Assembly (NCBI GenBank): GCA_004022145.1
Contig: RCNU01000009.1
Direction: 5' to 3' (one strand)
Source of the DNA: Paecilomyces variotii
Lineage: Eukaryota
Length of the DNA stretch: 64,000 bases
In this document: positions 1 to 12,852 of the stretch, piece after piece
Layout of the letters: each line of letters starts with the position of its first letter
Position numbering within the stretch: position 1 is the stretch's first letter
Program-made: the position numbers and the translations under genes
Notes under the pieces: model-generated
The model's database searches: none
Seen by the model: only the letters and a program-made list of their open reading frames with translations
Told to the model about the DNA's origin: nothing

Positions 1-1285
1 GTCAGTCTTCTTGATCAGCTTAACGACAGGGCAAATCTTGAGCAATTGCTTCGCCGGGTCAGGAAGAAGCAAGGCGACTTCATCAACCATACCAAGCTCT
101 GGGAAGACATATGTCTCGTCTACGCGAAGGTGAGCAATGCGAGCATCATGTTGATTTCCAGGTTCAGATCCTAATTAGTTTTCTTAGCTTATTCGACGAG
201 CGGCCGGCATATCGGAGGGACATGAAGAGGGCATTTTCAAGCCCCTCAGCTGGGATGAGTTTGTTACGAACACTGCACGCTTGGATGCCTTGCCCCAACT
301 TCCTACCACATGCATGACGCTCCTGGAGTTGATTCGTGATGCGGTGGAGTTGAAGAAGCTGAACAACAACCTCATGAAGGTGACGGTATTGGAGGATCTT
401 GTGGCCGACCTATATGCTCGACTTTACGAGGTGAACATCCATCATTTCGTTGAGCAAGCGAAGGAGGAGAGTAAAGAAAAGATGAAGGTCGACCATGTTC
501 TCATGACCAATGACGGTGCTGCTGACACTCCGACTCCTCCCACGTCTGCTCCGCCCTCCGAAGCACCGGTTCCCAGGGGTCGAACCAAGGGTATCGCTCG
601 AAGAGACATCCAGAAGAGAGCGGAAGCGATTGTCAACCGCATGGTTCCTCGTGCTGCACTACCAAAGCCTGCTGTCCCAACAGAAGGTGAAGGCCCTCGC
701 CAGTCGGTGCCCACAATTCAAACCACTGCACCGATTCCTATCCGCAACAGCGCCCGCGAAGATGAGCAGCGAGGGCCCAGGGGCAGTCTCCCAGGCAGTG
801 TACATGACAGCGCCGATGACGAAAGCGAGCTAAGCGAAATCGACGAGGAGAGGCTGTCCAAACTCAATGCTGAACATAAGGATCTCTTGTTCCCCAACCT
901 GAACGGACGGTCTCCTGATCCCACGTCCGAATTGTCAGCTGTGGACGGCGATGAAGGGGACGATGGCGAAGGCGAGGGCGAAGGCGACGGTGAAGAAGAA
1001 GATGAAGATGAAGAAGGGGACGAGGAAATAGAGGACGCCGAAGGAGACGGTGAGCAGGCGGAAGAGGGTGCGGAAGGTGAAGGGGTCACAGAACTTGAAG
1101 AAGAAGAAGGTCAAGGAGAAGGCGACGGGGACGAGGTAGAGCCTGAAGCCGAGGACGAAGATGCCGACGAAACGGAACTTGATCCTAATGTCGATGATGA
1201 GGAGACGGAACAACAGGATTCGACGCAGGAGCAAGGAAAGCCTGATGAACCCGAGCCCATGGACACGCAAGCATCGGACGCTTGA
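1..1285 (+). CDS. HIR3: 3' part of histone transcription regulator HIR3 (HIR complex subunit); gene starts before the window
   Basis: Exon 1-129 (VSLLDQLNDRANLEQLLRRVRKKQGDFINHTKLWEDICLVYAK), GT-AG intron 130-187, then an open exon 188-1285 with 'EDLVADLYARLYE', 'SVHDSADDESELSEID' and a long acidic tail. Recalled as the Eurotiales Hir3 C-terminus. Confidence 0.7.
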
Positions 1286-2055
1286 TATACGCTTTCTTTT
1301 TCTTTCGTTATTGTATTTTAGCGCTTCTTCGTTTTATCCTTTGATATTGCATTATAGGAGAGGGACCCCGGCGTATGTACCATACGGCGGCGCGTTGGAA
1401 ATTCTGATCCAGGAACCGGGAAACGGAGGAAGGAAGGTTGCTATAAATCATTCTTTACGGGCAAAAATATAGATTTTTCAATCACCTAGTAATAATCAAC
1501 CCTGGAATGCCAGGGCTCTTTTCTTTACGGGCTACCCTACGGAGTAAAGTATTAGTTATCTAGGTATTGACTGACGGAACTGCCTAAATGAGTTAAACGG
1601 AGGTACTCCGAGTGTGCAAGCCACGCCAGGGCACAGCATCCATTCATTCGAGGTCGTATTCGCTCTGGTGTGACACGAATTATTATGCCATTGGAACGGA
1701 ACTAAATACTTCATCTCTAGCACCGTTCCGCTAAATGCGAAGTAGCAACAGTAAATTCTCTTTCCTTAACTTTCATAAACATATCCATTTTGCTCTCTAA
1801 CTACCTAATGTAACTAATAATTATCTAGAGCAAAAGCAAATACTACAATCTATTCTTCCTCTGACCTCCCTTTCAAGACAAGAATCAATTTGAACAGCAA
1901 TGGCAGACTCTTCTCCCTTTTTTTTTAAATTCCAAGGTTTAGATCCTAACTATCCCCCCCAACTCTCCTGATACTTATACGCACGTACCATAAACACCAC
2001 AACCTCCCTACCCACCTATAGTTAGTTATGTGTAGTAATACCTATCGCTAAAATA

Positions 2056-2130
2056 CCCCCACCCGGGGAGAAAAAGAAAACCTCCGATCCTCCCCGCAAA
2101 TTCCTTCCCCGGATCCCGCAATTCCCCACG
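2056..2130. promoter_or_regulatory. Cluster of CreA-type (SYGGRG) carbon catabolite repression sites upstream of the sugar transporter
   Basis: CCCCAC, CCGGGG, CCCCGC, CCCCGG and CCCCAC within about 75 bp, about 500 bp upstream of the transporter ATG. Confidence 0.4.
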
Positions 2131-2596
2131 CTCGGAGTTGGCTCCGATGCAATGATATAACGGTAAATATGGGGTCAACTAACTAACTACCTAGTCCTGA
2201 CTTAACTAACTAACTAGTGAACTAACTAACTAACCAAGCATCTAACTGACTAGGTAGGACGAATAGTAAACTGATCTTGGAAAATACCCCGGTTTATCCC
2301 CGCCCAAGAATGGTCTGATCGTCGAGCGTCGGTAATGCATGATGATGATGATGGTGATGGAATCTGGGAAATAGCGTAGATAGGTAGGTAGGTAGGTAGG
2401 GTAGGTACAGTTGTCCGTACATATGTAATGGAATAGGGGATTGACGCTTGGAAAGCCGGGAGTAAGCTTATTACATAGCCGGTCTCCTCTTTTGGTATTT
2501 ACCAGTATATATATATATACAGAGCGAAAGAGATGCGTTAAGCCTCTAAACAATACTATACCAAGACCCAAGAAAAACAAAACAAAACAAAACACC

Positions 2597-4314
2597 ATGT
2601 CCTCCTCTCCATCTCCTTCTCCATCATTCATAGGCCTTCGAGGCCAAAACCTCGTATACGCAGTAACATTCTGCTGTTCAATCGGCTTCCTCCTCTTCGG
2701 GTACGACCTCGGCTTCATGGGCGGATTAACCACATCGCCCGAATTTCTCTCTGTATTCAACAACCCCAGCTCATCCCTCTTAGCGTTCCTGGTCGCTTCG
2801 TATGATGTGGGATGTCTTCTTGGTGCGCTGTTCCAGTTCACGCTGGGGGATCGGTTTGGAAGGAAACAGAGCAATATCGCTGGTGCGGTGGTGGTTTGTG
2901 TTGGGGCGATATTGCAGACGACGACGTTTGGGTTGGCGCAGTTTCTTGTGGGGAGGATTGTTGCGGGCTTTGGATTGGGGACTATGACTACGGTGATTCC
3001 GATTTATCTTAGTGAATGTGAGTTTTTTTTTTTTTTTTCTTCTTTTTCTTCTTCTTTTATTGGTGTTATTGTTGTTATTATTATGTTGGTTTTCTCCTTG
3101 TGGAAGGTTCAATGAACATGACCTGATTTATTTATCTATATGATTACTTAGGCGCCACTCCTCAATCCCGCGGCCGAATGATGGCAATGCAACTATCAAA
3201 TCTAATCATGGGTCTGATTATCGCCAACTGGCTCGACTACGGCATGACATCCTACCCCGGCTCCGTCCAATGGAGACTCCCATGTGCATTCCAGATCGTC
3301 TTCTGCATCATCACCGTTATCATGATGCCCTTCCTACCTGAATCACCTCGATATCTCTGCGCCAAAGGTGAGATCGAACGAGCCAAGATAGCCCTAGCGG
3401 CCCTCCGGGCAGGATACCCCGATACGCCAGAAGTCAGCGAGGAGCTGAAGGAAATCCAATACGCTATTGCAGTGGAGGCCGAAGAGGCCGGTTCGTGGAG
3501 TGATGTGTTTAAAGATAACGGTATCAGCGGATTCACGCGCGTTGCGCTTGCTTTCTCAGCCAATTTCTTCCAGCAGCTATCGGGCGTCAATGTCATGTCG
3601 TCGCTGGGTCCGTATATCTTTCAAGATTCCATCGGGATGAGTCGCTATGATGCCCTGCTCGTAGCGGGCGGTTTGCAAGTGTGGTATTTCCTCAGCAGTT
3701 TGATTCCCTGGTACGTGGTCGATCGGGTTGGACGTCGGAAGCTATTCATGCTCGGCTCCGTTGGGATGGGCATCTGTATGACTCTGTCTGCGATCTTCGT
3801 TGGGATTGGAACCAAGGGACTCGGCTACGCCGCGGCTGTGGTGCTCTATCTCTTTCAGACCTTCTTCACTCTAGGCTGGCAATCCAACATGTGGATCTAT
3901 CCTAGTGAGCTTCTGCCGCTGAAGCTCCGGCTGCGTGGAGGCGCCCTGGCCGTCGTGTCGCAGTGGTTATTCACTTTCCTCGTGGTGGAGATCACTCCTC
4001 CCATGATCACGAATATTGGATATCGCTCATATGTCGTTTTCGCCGTGATCAACTTCGCTACCGTGCCGCTGGTGTATTTCTGCTTTCCGGAGACGAGTAA
4101 AATGCCATTGGAAGCAGTCGATCTGCTGTTCGCAGACCGCGAGGACGGCACGAGACCGTCGATTTTCCAGGTGGCTCGGGATTCAGTCAATAGGGAGAAG
4201 GTGGCGGAGATCGAGAGGCAGTTGCAGGAGCGGGCGAGATTGAGAGCTGATAATGAGGGTATTATTGACGCGTCGAAGGAGAAAGCAGAGCACTTGGAGG
4301 TATCTGCAGTTTAG
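2597..4314 (+). CDS. MFS sugar porter family transporter
   Basis: ATG 2597, intron 3018-3151. Motifs GFLLFGYDLG, GDRFGRK, GRIVAGFG, PIYLSEC, LPESPRYL, QQLSGVN, DRVGRRKL, YPSELLP, FPETS; many hydrophobic helices. Confidence 0.93.
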
Positions 4315-4935
4315 CGATATGTCGTTGAAGATGAGAACTTTCCTTTTAGTGACTGTTTCCACCTGTTTCTTGTAACTATCCTCCATGCTTGTGATGCTGC
4401 TGGAGTCTCTGAAACCATGCGTAGGTGACGTCCTAGTATATACATAGGCAGAGATGCGCCTGGTGTAAGTAAACCTTGGGCAAACTTCTGAGGGAGAGAT
4501 AGACACGGTCTTCTCGCGCATACTCTGGTCGTCTGCAGCATAGTGTCGTGCTCTTTAGGTTCGACTTGTTTAGTGCAGGCAGTTATTTAAATAGTTAGTT
4601 AGTGTAGGTGTTCCACTTCAGCGACCCGTTCTGATCCCAATTTCCCCGCATCTGTTCCTAGTGCGACCTGGTATTTATGCAGACTTGGAACATAGCAATT
4701 CTACGCAATCTAGGGCAATGGGCCTCAGTACATAGATTGATCGCTGCATGCCCAGTAGTAATGATGTGGCAGCAAGTAGCACAAGATCACGCCGTCTAGT
4801 ACAGTAGAGTAGATAAGGACATCATTTCATATTGGGACGTATCTATATCTGAACGCGGGACTCAAACCAATGAGATGCGGACAGCGTGCGTTAGACGCCT
4901 CCGATCTGCTACTGCAGTAGATCGGTGATCGCACT

Positions 4936-5726
4936 CTACTCTTCTTCTTCCGCCTCAGCAGTTTCGGGTTCCTTGGGCACCTGGCCGCCCTTGGCCTCTT
5001 TCGCGGCCGCAGCAGGGCCACTGTCCTTCGCGGTCTCCTCAGGTTCCTCTTCCTCCCCTTCTGCCTCTTCTTCCTCTTCCTCGCCGGCGCCGTTCTCACC
5101 TTCTCCGTTCTGCTCCTCCTCTTCCTTGTCGCCGTTCTCTTCCGCAGCCTCAGTCTTTCGCTTCTTAGCAGCGGGAGGTCCTGCAGTGACATCTAGGTCA
5201 GCGATATCTGTCCCATGACCGAAAAGAGCGATATCAACGCAAGTTGAGAAGGAAAAGAAGACCTACCTGCAGCTTCTCCAGCGTCTTCTTCCTCCCCTTC
5301 CCCTTCGGATTCTTCTTCTTCTTCCTCTTCCTCCTCCGAGCCCTCCTCTTCTTCACTTCCTACATCAGAATCTTCATATCTAGTAGTATGCGTCAGTCTG
5401 ATCGAATCGTCTTCAAAAAGTTGATATATCGATCCAAAGGCGCTATTTTGCGCGCGCGCAATGGCATCGCGGAGGCCAATCGAATCATGTGATGTAGCGA
5501 TTTTCAAAGGCCACCCAGTCACAATCGGCGACCGCAGTGCCATTGACGTGACGTGCAAGGGAGCGCCAGATGATGATGATAATGATTATGATGATGCGGT
5601 CGCGTATGGCGGGTATTGAGCGGGGGACGAGATGACTTACTCTTCTTCTTCTTCACTCTCGTCGCTGGGCAGCGCCACGAGTTCTTCTTCCTCTTCGGCT
5701 TCCTGCTTTCTCTTGCGCGTGGACAT
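4936..5726 (-). CDS. Small hyper-acidic protein with basic NLS-like motifs (three exons)
   Basis: ATG 5726 (MSTRKRKQEAEEEEELVALPSDESEEEE), introns 5640-5380 and 5266-5193 with canonical GT/AG that keep the frame, last exon DVTAGPPAAKKRKTEAAEE...EAEEEE, TAG at 4936-4938. Confidence 0.8.
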
Positions 5727-6626
5727 GGTGTTTTTGGATGATTGGGAGGTGCTTTAGGATGATTTGAGCGGTAGGATGGGGCTCAATGGAATGGAGGGTT
5801 GTCAGAAAGACGCCCACGAATCCCGGGATAGGGAGGACTGGCTAGCTAGAGGAGGGTATCTGGGAGAAGGGAGGAGGGAGGGAGAGGGAGAGGGAGAGAG
5901 GGAAAGAGAGAAAGAGAGAGGAAAAGGGAGGGAAAGGCAGGGAAGGGCAGGGGAGGTCGAAGGGGGATGGAATGGGACAGCCTTCTCAACCGGGCGCCGG
6001 TGGGGGAGAAGGAAGGTTGACGGGAGGCTGAGGGAAGATCGAGTTAACCTAGAGTCTATGGTAGTTACTCGTACTCTTACTCTATCTACATGGGGGATAA
6101 GCAGACCGGGAAGTTAACGAGGGGGGAAGAGACGACGCTTGCTTGGTTCCTGGACGAGAAAAGCCACCAGGTTCCAGAGTCGGCATGCTGAGTTAGATAA
6201 GTCAGTCTAGTAACTATTACCGAGTTAGAGTATGTATGTAAACAAGTAACTACAGTACAGTACAGTACTTACACTACAGCTCTCAGGGAGAAGCCCTGTA
6301 TCCACGCGTATTCGATACTACTGACACTGCTGCTGCGTTGGCTGTTCCGCCTTGTCGGCGCTCACCCCAGACGGTGCCCGTACGGTACTTGGTCGGTATT
6401 ACCAATACCGTACCCATCAATACCCCAGACCCGCCATGACGAGCGCGGCAGCTCCCAATGACATCAGGCCAAAGCGGAGTAGAAAAGGCAACATTGAACA
6501 CCGTGTTATTATTATAATATTTCGAGTATATTATTGTTGCAAGTACTTTATTGGTATCATAATCACTAATAAACAAAAAAGGTATAGATGATATTCAAAA
6601 AAAAAAAGAAAGGTATACAGATCCCC

Positions 6627-8814
6627 TCACGTCGCGAGATACTCAAAAGTCGCCATGGTGGGATCCAGCAGGTTCTCATCCAGCCCGAATCCATACGTCC
6701 CTACCATATCGTAGATCAGATCGGGCGGTGGAAACCCTTGCGCCATAGCATTCGCGCCGCCCGGCATGTCGCGTTTCTTCAGCTCTCGCCCGTGCGGATG
6801 CCATCCGCCCTCCCACGCATTGAAGCGCTCCAGCATCTTCCCCAGACCGCGCGCGATATGCCGGGTCAGGTGACGCTCCCCGGCCGACACGCTATTCAGC
6901 AGCGCGATCACCCGCTCCACCAGCTGGCGCACCTGGCGCCCGTCGATGTTCAAGTACGCGCTGTTCCAGTTCACCGCGACCTTCAGCAGGAACACCGCTG
7001 AGAACGTGACCATCGTGTGCGTGAAGATGGGCACTCCCACAATCGCGTCTCGCACATCAGGCTCCTCGAGGACCATGTTCAAACAGGCCATCGCCGACGA
7101 GATGGCAATGTTGGCCGATTCTTTCCGGTCCATCGAGAAGACCGGCGTGTTGGTCGGGGAGAGAGCGCGCAGCGAGAGCGAGTTGAGCTGGAATTTGGCA
7201 AAGTGATAATGTAGCACAACCCCTTTGGACGGGTACGTGCGCACATAGGGGCTGTCAGCTACACCAGGTGTTTGGCATCAGTGTCATGCGCATACGATAA
7301 GTAGAGAGAGGGATAAGTAGAGCAAGGACCAACCAACGTCATACCTGAACGGGGCTGCCAGAGCAAACGCCATTGATCCACAGCAACATTGTAAACTCGC
7401 AGCTGGCCAAAGTCGTCTTCACTCAATGCCTGTTCGGTATCCGACCCGAATGTCCGATAGGCTTCGGTGAGGATCACAAATAAGGCGACTTGCGCCACCA
7501 GTCGAATGTCTCCAGGGACCACGAGCGGTGACTGCAAGAACGTCTCGTAGTTCTTGATAGCAAGATCCTCGTGTATCACGGGGGGTCGTCCGTAGGCGAT
7601 GCTGAAGTGGTGATCGCACACATACAGCAGATACCACAGCTGTGCACGCTCATACTGATCATTGTGGCCTCGCGTCATTTTCTGGAAGCTCTGATGGAGG
7701 CCCAGCTCGGTCGCAATGCGGACCGCATGCCCAGAGAGTTTCCAGCTCAGATCAGACAACCAGAAGGCACCGACACAGAGCCCACGGATGTCGTCGAGCG
7801 TGTGGGACCGGGTCAAAGACATGCTGGACACCAGTGACACGTACTCATGGTAACATACGTTAAGAGTCTCGGTCCGGTTGGGGATATGGAGAGCGGCCAC
7901 GGTCAGAACGGCTACAGAGAGCAAAGACGATGCGCGCCGCGCCGATGTTAGCGTTTCGTGGACAAGCAGGATTCCTCCCCAGAGTAATTGGTTCATAGTC
8001 CGGCTGAAATAGGCGAATAGTTCCTCGGCTTCGTGCAACGAAATAAAGCCCCGCGAGACAAAGTCTTCCTCCAGCAGAGTCGACTTGGGCTTCTCGAAGG
8101 GGTTGCTGCGCAAATTGCGCAGCTTGGTCACCTCGTACAGGCTACGCATCGGTGCCGGCACGAGTTCGCGGTCCTCGAGGTCTGGCTCTGCAGAGTTCTC
8201 TCGTGCCGTTTCCATGACCGGGGTTTGTGCAGCGGCAGTCACAGACGGATGTCCCTCATCCTGAGAATGGCGGTAGGTGTGATTGGATGACGCTGGACTG
8301 GGAACGTGATTGTTACCTTCAGCAGGATATGTCGACAGCTCCGGGAGGTTACTCTGACGGAGAAGATGGGACACGGCTGCCTGAAGTTGCTGGATTGTAG
8401 CCGATGCTTGGGATTTCCATCTAGATCAGATATTTGTAGATTAGCCGCCAAGTCTCACCAGCCAACCGCATGGCTCGTCTTGACCCAAACATTAGCACTC
8501 ACATGTTGTCGTCGTCGACAAATTTCTGAGAGAAGTCATTGACAACACACTTGATCCCGCTTCGTCTGCACTTTGCGCAACTGGACTCCCCGGGTTTCAA
8601 TTCGCATTTGATCTTATGCCTCTTGCATTCCGCACCTGGCTCATAGATCAGTTATACAGTATCCGTGCTCACCAGAGACGGTCTACGTACAGGCTTTTGC
8701 TTTTGAAATCTTGGGCGGAGGCGTGCGCATCTCGACGGACTGTCTATCCCCGTCTCTTCGCGGTGCGTCCAACTCGGCTTCGTACGCCGATCGTTTCAGC
8801 GAGGGCGTCGCCAT
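6627..8814 (-). CDS. Zn(II)2Cys6 fungal transcription factor with fungal-specific TF middle domain
   Basis: ATG 8814. Spliced zinc cluster KAC|AECKRHKIKCELKPGESSCAKCRRSGIKC; middle region with 'AVRIATELGLH' and 'LWYLLYVCDHHFSIAYGRP'; last exon is ORF 6627-7244. Confidence 0.9.
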
Positions 8815-9788
8815 GGCCGTCTGTGACGCTGCAGCTCTGGAAAAGAGGCATTGGACAGGAGGATCAGACCGGCCTGGTATTGTCTAGCCTCGCGATCTCA
8901 TGAGGGAAAATGACAACGAAGCAGCCACCATGGCCGGTGAGAGGAAGGAAGAATTCGATTTCCTGCTTCAGTCCAGTAAGTAACCTGACTCGGGCCAGTA
9001 GGCCTGAAGACCGAAGGCATCCCATTACCCCACGCCAAGCCGCGTGGGGAGCGGGGTGATGACTCAGCAGCATATTCGGCCGAATTGAGCAGGGTAGAGT
9101 ACACAGGTCAGTAGGTTCACCATTGAGATTGGAAACAGATTCAAGCATCAGCTGAGTTTCCCAATAATCATATATTCCTTGATCACTATGAGGCTGCAGT
9201 ATGTAGCCCGGTTCTTATCTCGTTGAAAGCCCTGTTATCAACCGTAAGGAAGTGCGCCTGTTGTGCTCCGTGTTTCGATTGGACCACTGGTGCTCATCAT
9301 CTCAGCATACACGAGAACTCTTCATCCAACACTTAGTGCTCTCGTTCAGTTTTGATTCTATACCGTTATATATAAGACTCTTCGGTCCTACAGCGAAGAC
9401 AGGCTCTTGTGAAGCGCAGTTCGCCCGATAGTGGGGATTTGGGATTCGGGAGCAGCTGCGACATCACCCATTAAGATCTTGTCTCTACAACGGGGCCTGG
9501 GAGGATACTTGGCTTTGCAGATCTTGGGACACTGATATAAAATCCTCGTCCATTGCATGATTGACCCAATGTGATGCCAAGATAGCCCAGATCGGACTCC
9601 ATGCGAGTGCCGGAGCAAGTCCGATGATGTTGATATCTCAGCTCCATATCGGCGAAAGCTTAGGAGAGGAGCAACAATCAAAAGGAGGGGCATTTGGGAT
9701 CACTACATAATGTCAATGCAGGTACGACTGTGAAATTGGCAACAGAGGAAGTCTTAACTGTGGTCAATTTCAATTCAAACAACCCAAT

Positions 9789-10739
9789 ATGCATATTCTA
9801 ATCACCGGCGCGGCTGGCTTTATCGGCCAGCTCTTGGCCAGAGAGCTCCTGAATGAGGAATCCTACAAGGTCACTCTGACCGACATCAACGAACCACCGA
9901 TTCCTAAGGGCGTCAAATACCCTCAGAATGCCCGAATTATCAAGGCTGACCTCTTGAGTGGCGCGGACACGGTAGTTGACAAGTCGCTGGATGCGGTATA
10001 CGCTTTCCACGGAATCATGTCCTCTGGATCAGAAGCCAACTTCGATCTGGGGTTACGCGTTAATATCGACGCGACTCGCAGCTTGCTGGATGAGCTGCGC
10101 AAGACGGCCCCTGGAGTGCGGGTTATCTACTCATCAAGTCAGGCCGTCTACGGCCAGCCACTACCCGAAGTGGTCGATGACAGCGTTACTCCTACCCCCC
10201 AGTCCTCATACGGCGCAGAGAAGCTCATCTGCGAGGCTCTCATCAACGAATACACGAGGCGAGGCTTCATTACTGGCTTCACACTCCGATTTCCAACCAT
10301 CTCAGTTCGCCCAGGTGCCCCTACAGCAGCAGCTTCATCATTCCTCTCCGGTATGATCCGCGAGCCTCTAAATGGACAAGAGTCGGTTATCCCACTCAAA
10401 GACCGCTCCTTCAAATCATGGCTCTGCTCCCCGAAGACCCTCGTTCACAATCTCCTCTTCACCCTCACGCTGCCGGCAGACTCGCTTCCCCCGCACATCC
10501 GACAGCTCAACGTCCCCGGCATCTGCGTCACGATCCAGGAAATGATGGACGCGTTGGAGAAGGTTGGCGGGAAGGATAAATTGGCCCTGCTGAAGGAGGA
10601 AGAAGATGCTAGTCTCAAAGCGATCCTGCACTCATGGCCCACCAAGTTCGATAACAGCCAGACTATCAAACTTGGGTTCAAGCGGGATTCTTCGTTCGAA
10701 CAGGCGGTTATTGATTATAAAGATAGTTTGGAGCAATAG
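9789..10739 (+). CDS. NAD-dependent epimerase/dehydratase (extended SDR), D-erythronate dehydrogenase-like
   Basis: TGAAGFIG Rossmann motif, SSSQAVYG, YGAEK catalytic YxxxK, 'RPGAPTAAASSFLSGMIREPL'. Intronless, 316 aa. Confidence 0.88.
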   Translation: MHILITGAAGFIGQLLARELLNEESYKVTLTDINEPPIPKGVKYPQNARIIKADLLSGADTVVDKSLDAVYAFHGIMSSGSEANFDLGLRVNIDATRSLLDELRKTAPGVRVIYSSSQAVYGQPLPEVVDDSVTPTPQSSYGAEKLICEALINEYTRRGFITGFTLRFPTISVRPGAPTAAASSFLSGMIREPLNGQESVIPLKDRSFKSWLCSPKTLVHNLLFTLTLPADSLPPHIRQLNVPGICVTIQEMMDALEKVGGKDKLALLKEEEDASLKAILHSWPTKFDNSQTIKLGFKRDSSFEQAVIDYKDSLEQ

Positions 10740-11615
10740 GTATTCTATAGAACACGAATATAGACTGTGGATTTCATAGAACATCTCATGCTGTAGGATA
10801 TATGCTTAAAGACTTCTGTCATCTTTCAGGGACACAGAATGGAAAAGATCAACCAGTAGAAAGAATGTGCTATATTGTTCCATAACTATCGGACGAACAA
10901 GAGTGCATGTGGTCATGTAATCAGACGAAAAACCACGCGTTCCCCCTTTAGGATAAGTAAATCTGGTTTCTGTGGGTCACACGTGGCGTACCACGTGTCC
11001 TGGCCAATCAGACGAATATATAGATCGTTGAGGGTTATGCCTGCTAAGTATGAGTATAAGTGATGCTGATTATTACAGGAAGTACCCTCACTCTTGGGTG
11101 TTGAGGCTGAGAACGTTAGGGTACCAGTAGGATAGGTATATTGTACAGTGGTATTCTCTCCTCACAGTATAAGGCTGTATTTTGCATTGGTCATTACTTC
11201 TATTGTACAGTTGGTTTAAGTATCATGTTTGTCAATAGGCGGCCTCTGTTAATAGGTACTGGCTCTTTCATGTTCAGTGCCTTTCTTCTTTCCATGTTAT
11301 AATGGGCGGTTCCGTGAGATAACGGGGTGGGAGCCAGAGGTAAATAGGACAACTTGTTATGTGAATCTCTCGCTGACAAAAACTTCATTGTCCTCCTTTC
11401 TTCAGCAGGTCCTTTCCCGCTCCGCTCCTTGACTCCTCCCACAAGCTACACTCTTTCAGTACGAGAAACGAGTCTTTCTTTTTCGTCTACCACTCCTACT
11501 ACATCCTTGACGGACTCGAAAAGTCTTCCGTCCTTCATCACTGCTTCCCCCACTCCAAGTCCTTGTTGCCATCACGAACTCAGCGCGCGCTACGAGACGT
11601 CAGACAGATCCAACC

Positions 11616-12668
11616 ATGTCTGATTCTGCTGAGAAAGGCAACGAACTGGCGCCTGTCCTCGCTGGAATGCAGCAAGAGGAAAACGCATGTGTCCTTAGCC
11701 CGTCTGGAGATACCATTCTCCACGTCGGACTGAAACCATGTAATCATATCTTGGTTTCATCCAGGGTTATGGAGACTGCTTCTCCTATCTTCGCGATTAT
11801 GGTGGCCAGGGCTCGCATGCGACAGCGCCCCCGCCATGCCCGTCTGCATATCCGCTTCAAGTACGACAATCCGTTTATTATCAAAGTCCTGTTCTCAATC
11901 CTCCACGAGATCGAGATGTTCCTGGTCCACGACTGGGATGTCAATGTCCTGTGGGATCTGATCCGTGTGGCTCAGAACTATCACTGTGCCCCTCTTCTTC
12001 TCGAATTCATCGACGGGTTGTATCCAATCTTCGCGCCCCTCGTCTCAATCGGCTTCCCTGGCATCGAAGACGTTAATCCAGTTGATCGTTTCGAAGAACA
12101 GCTCAAATTGGTCGCCATCAGTATGACCGTCGACAGCGACATGATATTCACTGAGCTCACTAAAACCATGATCTCGGAATACGTTCCGGGACTCGCAGAA
12201 GAAGTGGGCCTTGACTGGTCGATCCTCAGTCCCGAAGTTTACGGCTACGTCTTCGATGCCATTAAGGTCCTCTCTCAGGACTTCAAGGACGACCTGCAGG
12301 AAGGTCTGGACCGTATTGAGGAGACCGTCACGTCCATTGCTGAGAACGTCGATGGATCAACCAGTCGCTGCCCTCTGTCCTTCATTAACTGCTTCAAGTA
12401 TACTCTGCAGTCGAACGGACCGATTCCAAGCTCAGCCGCAGTGTATGAGGTCCGTGATGTCCTCAAAAGATACGTCTGGTCCTTGGATGGAAGATGTCCG
12501 TCCCGCTGCGCCAGCTGTGATGCACTCAAAGAAGTCAAGAAGCAGCTGAACGATCTCTTGCACTTGACCGATGTCACCGGTCTTTGCCTGAGCGACTGGC
12601 TTCAATGTGCTCCCTCGGCCACCAGGGCTGGCACCCCGTTCACCTGCTCTTCCGACGATGGGTGGTAA
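11616..12668 (+). CDS. Divergent BTB/POZ-like domain protein
   Basis: Intronless 350-aa ORF. 'LSPSGDTILHVG...ILVSSRVMETASPIFAIM...DNPFIIKVLFSILH...AQNYHC' follows the fungal BTB pattern; C-terminal Cys motifs. Confidence 0.65.
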   Translation: MSDSAEKGNELAPVLAGMQQEENACVLSPSGDTILHVGLKPCNHILVSSRVMETASPIFAIMVARARMRQRPRHARLHIRFKYDNPFIIKVLFSILHEIEMFLVHDWDVNVLWDLIRVAQNYHCAPLLLEFIDGLYPIFAPLVSIGFPGIEDVNPVDRFEEQLKLVAISMTVDSDMIFTELTKTMISEYVPGLAEEVGLDWSILSPEVYGYVFDAIKVLSQDFKDDLQEGLDRIEETVTSIAENVDGSTSRCPLSFINCFKYTLQSNGPIPSSAAVYEVRDVLKRYVWSLDGRCPSRCASCDALKEVKKQLNDLLHLTDVTGLCLSDWLQCAPSATRAGTPFTCSSDDGW

Positions 12669-12850
12669 ACATGAAAGCGACTAAGCTCACTCAGAAGGGT
12701 CCAGTAGAGATCTGATGACAGCAATTCTCTCTTTATGTCCACTAAAGATCTTTTCTATAAGATCATTTCGACGACTATCATGTGAACATTATGCAACAGC
12801 TCATGGAGCTGTCAGTTGGGAACGATATCTATGTGAAGATGAAAAGAATA

Positions 12851-12852
<2 letters not shown>

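Noticed and set aside
2176..2236. AACT tandem repeats (also GTAG repeats near 2380)
   Set aside because: Ordinary microsatellites with no spacers; not CRISPR or telomeric.
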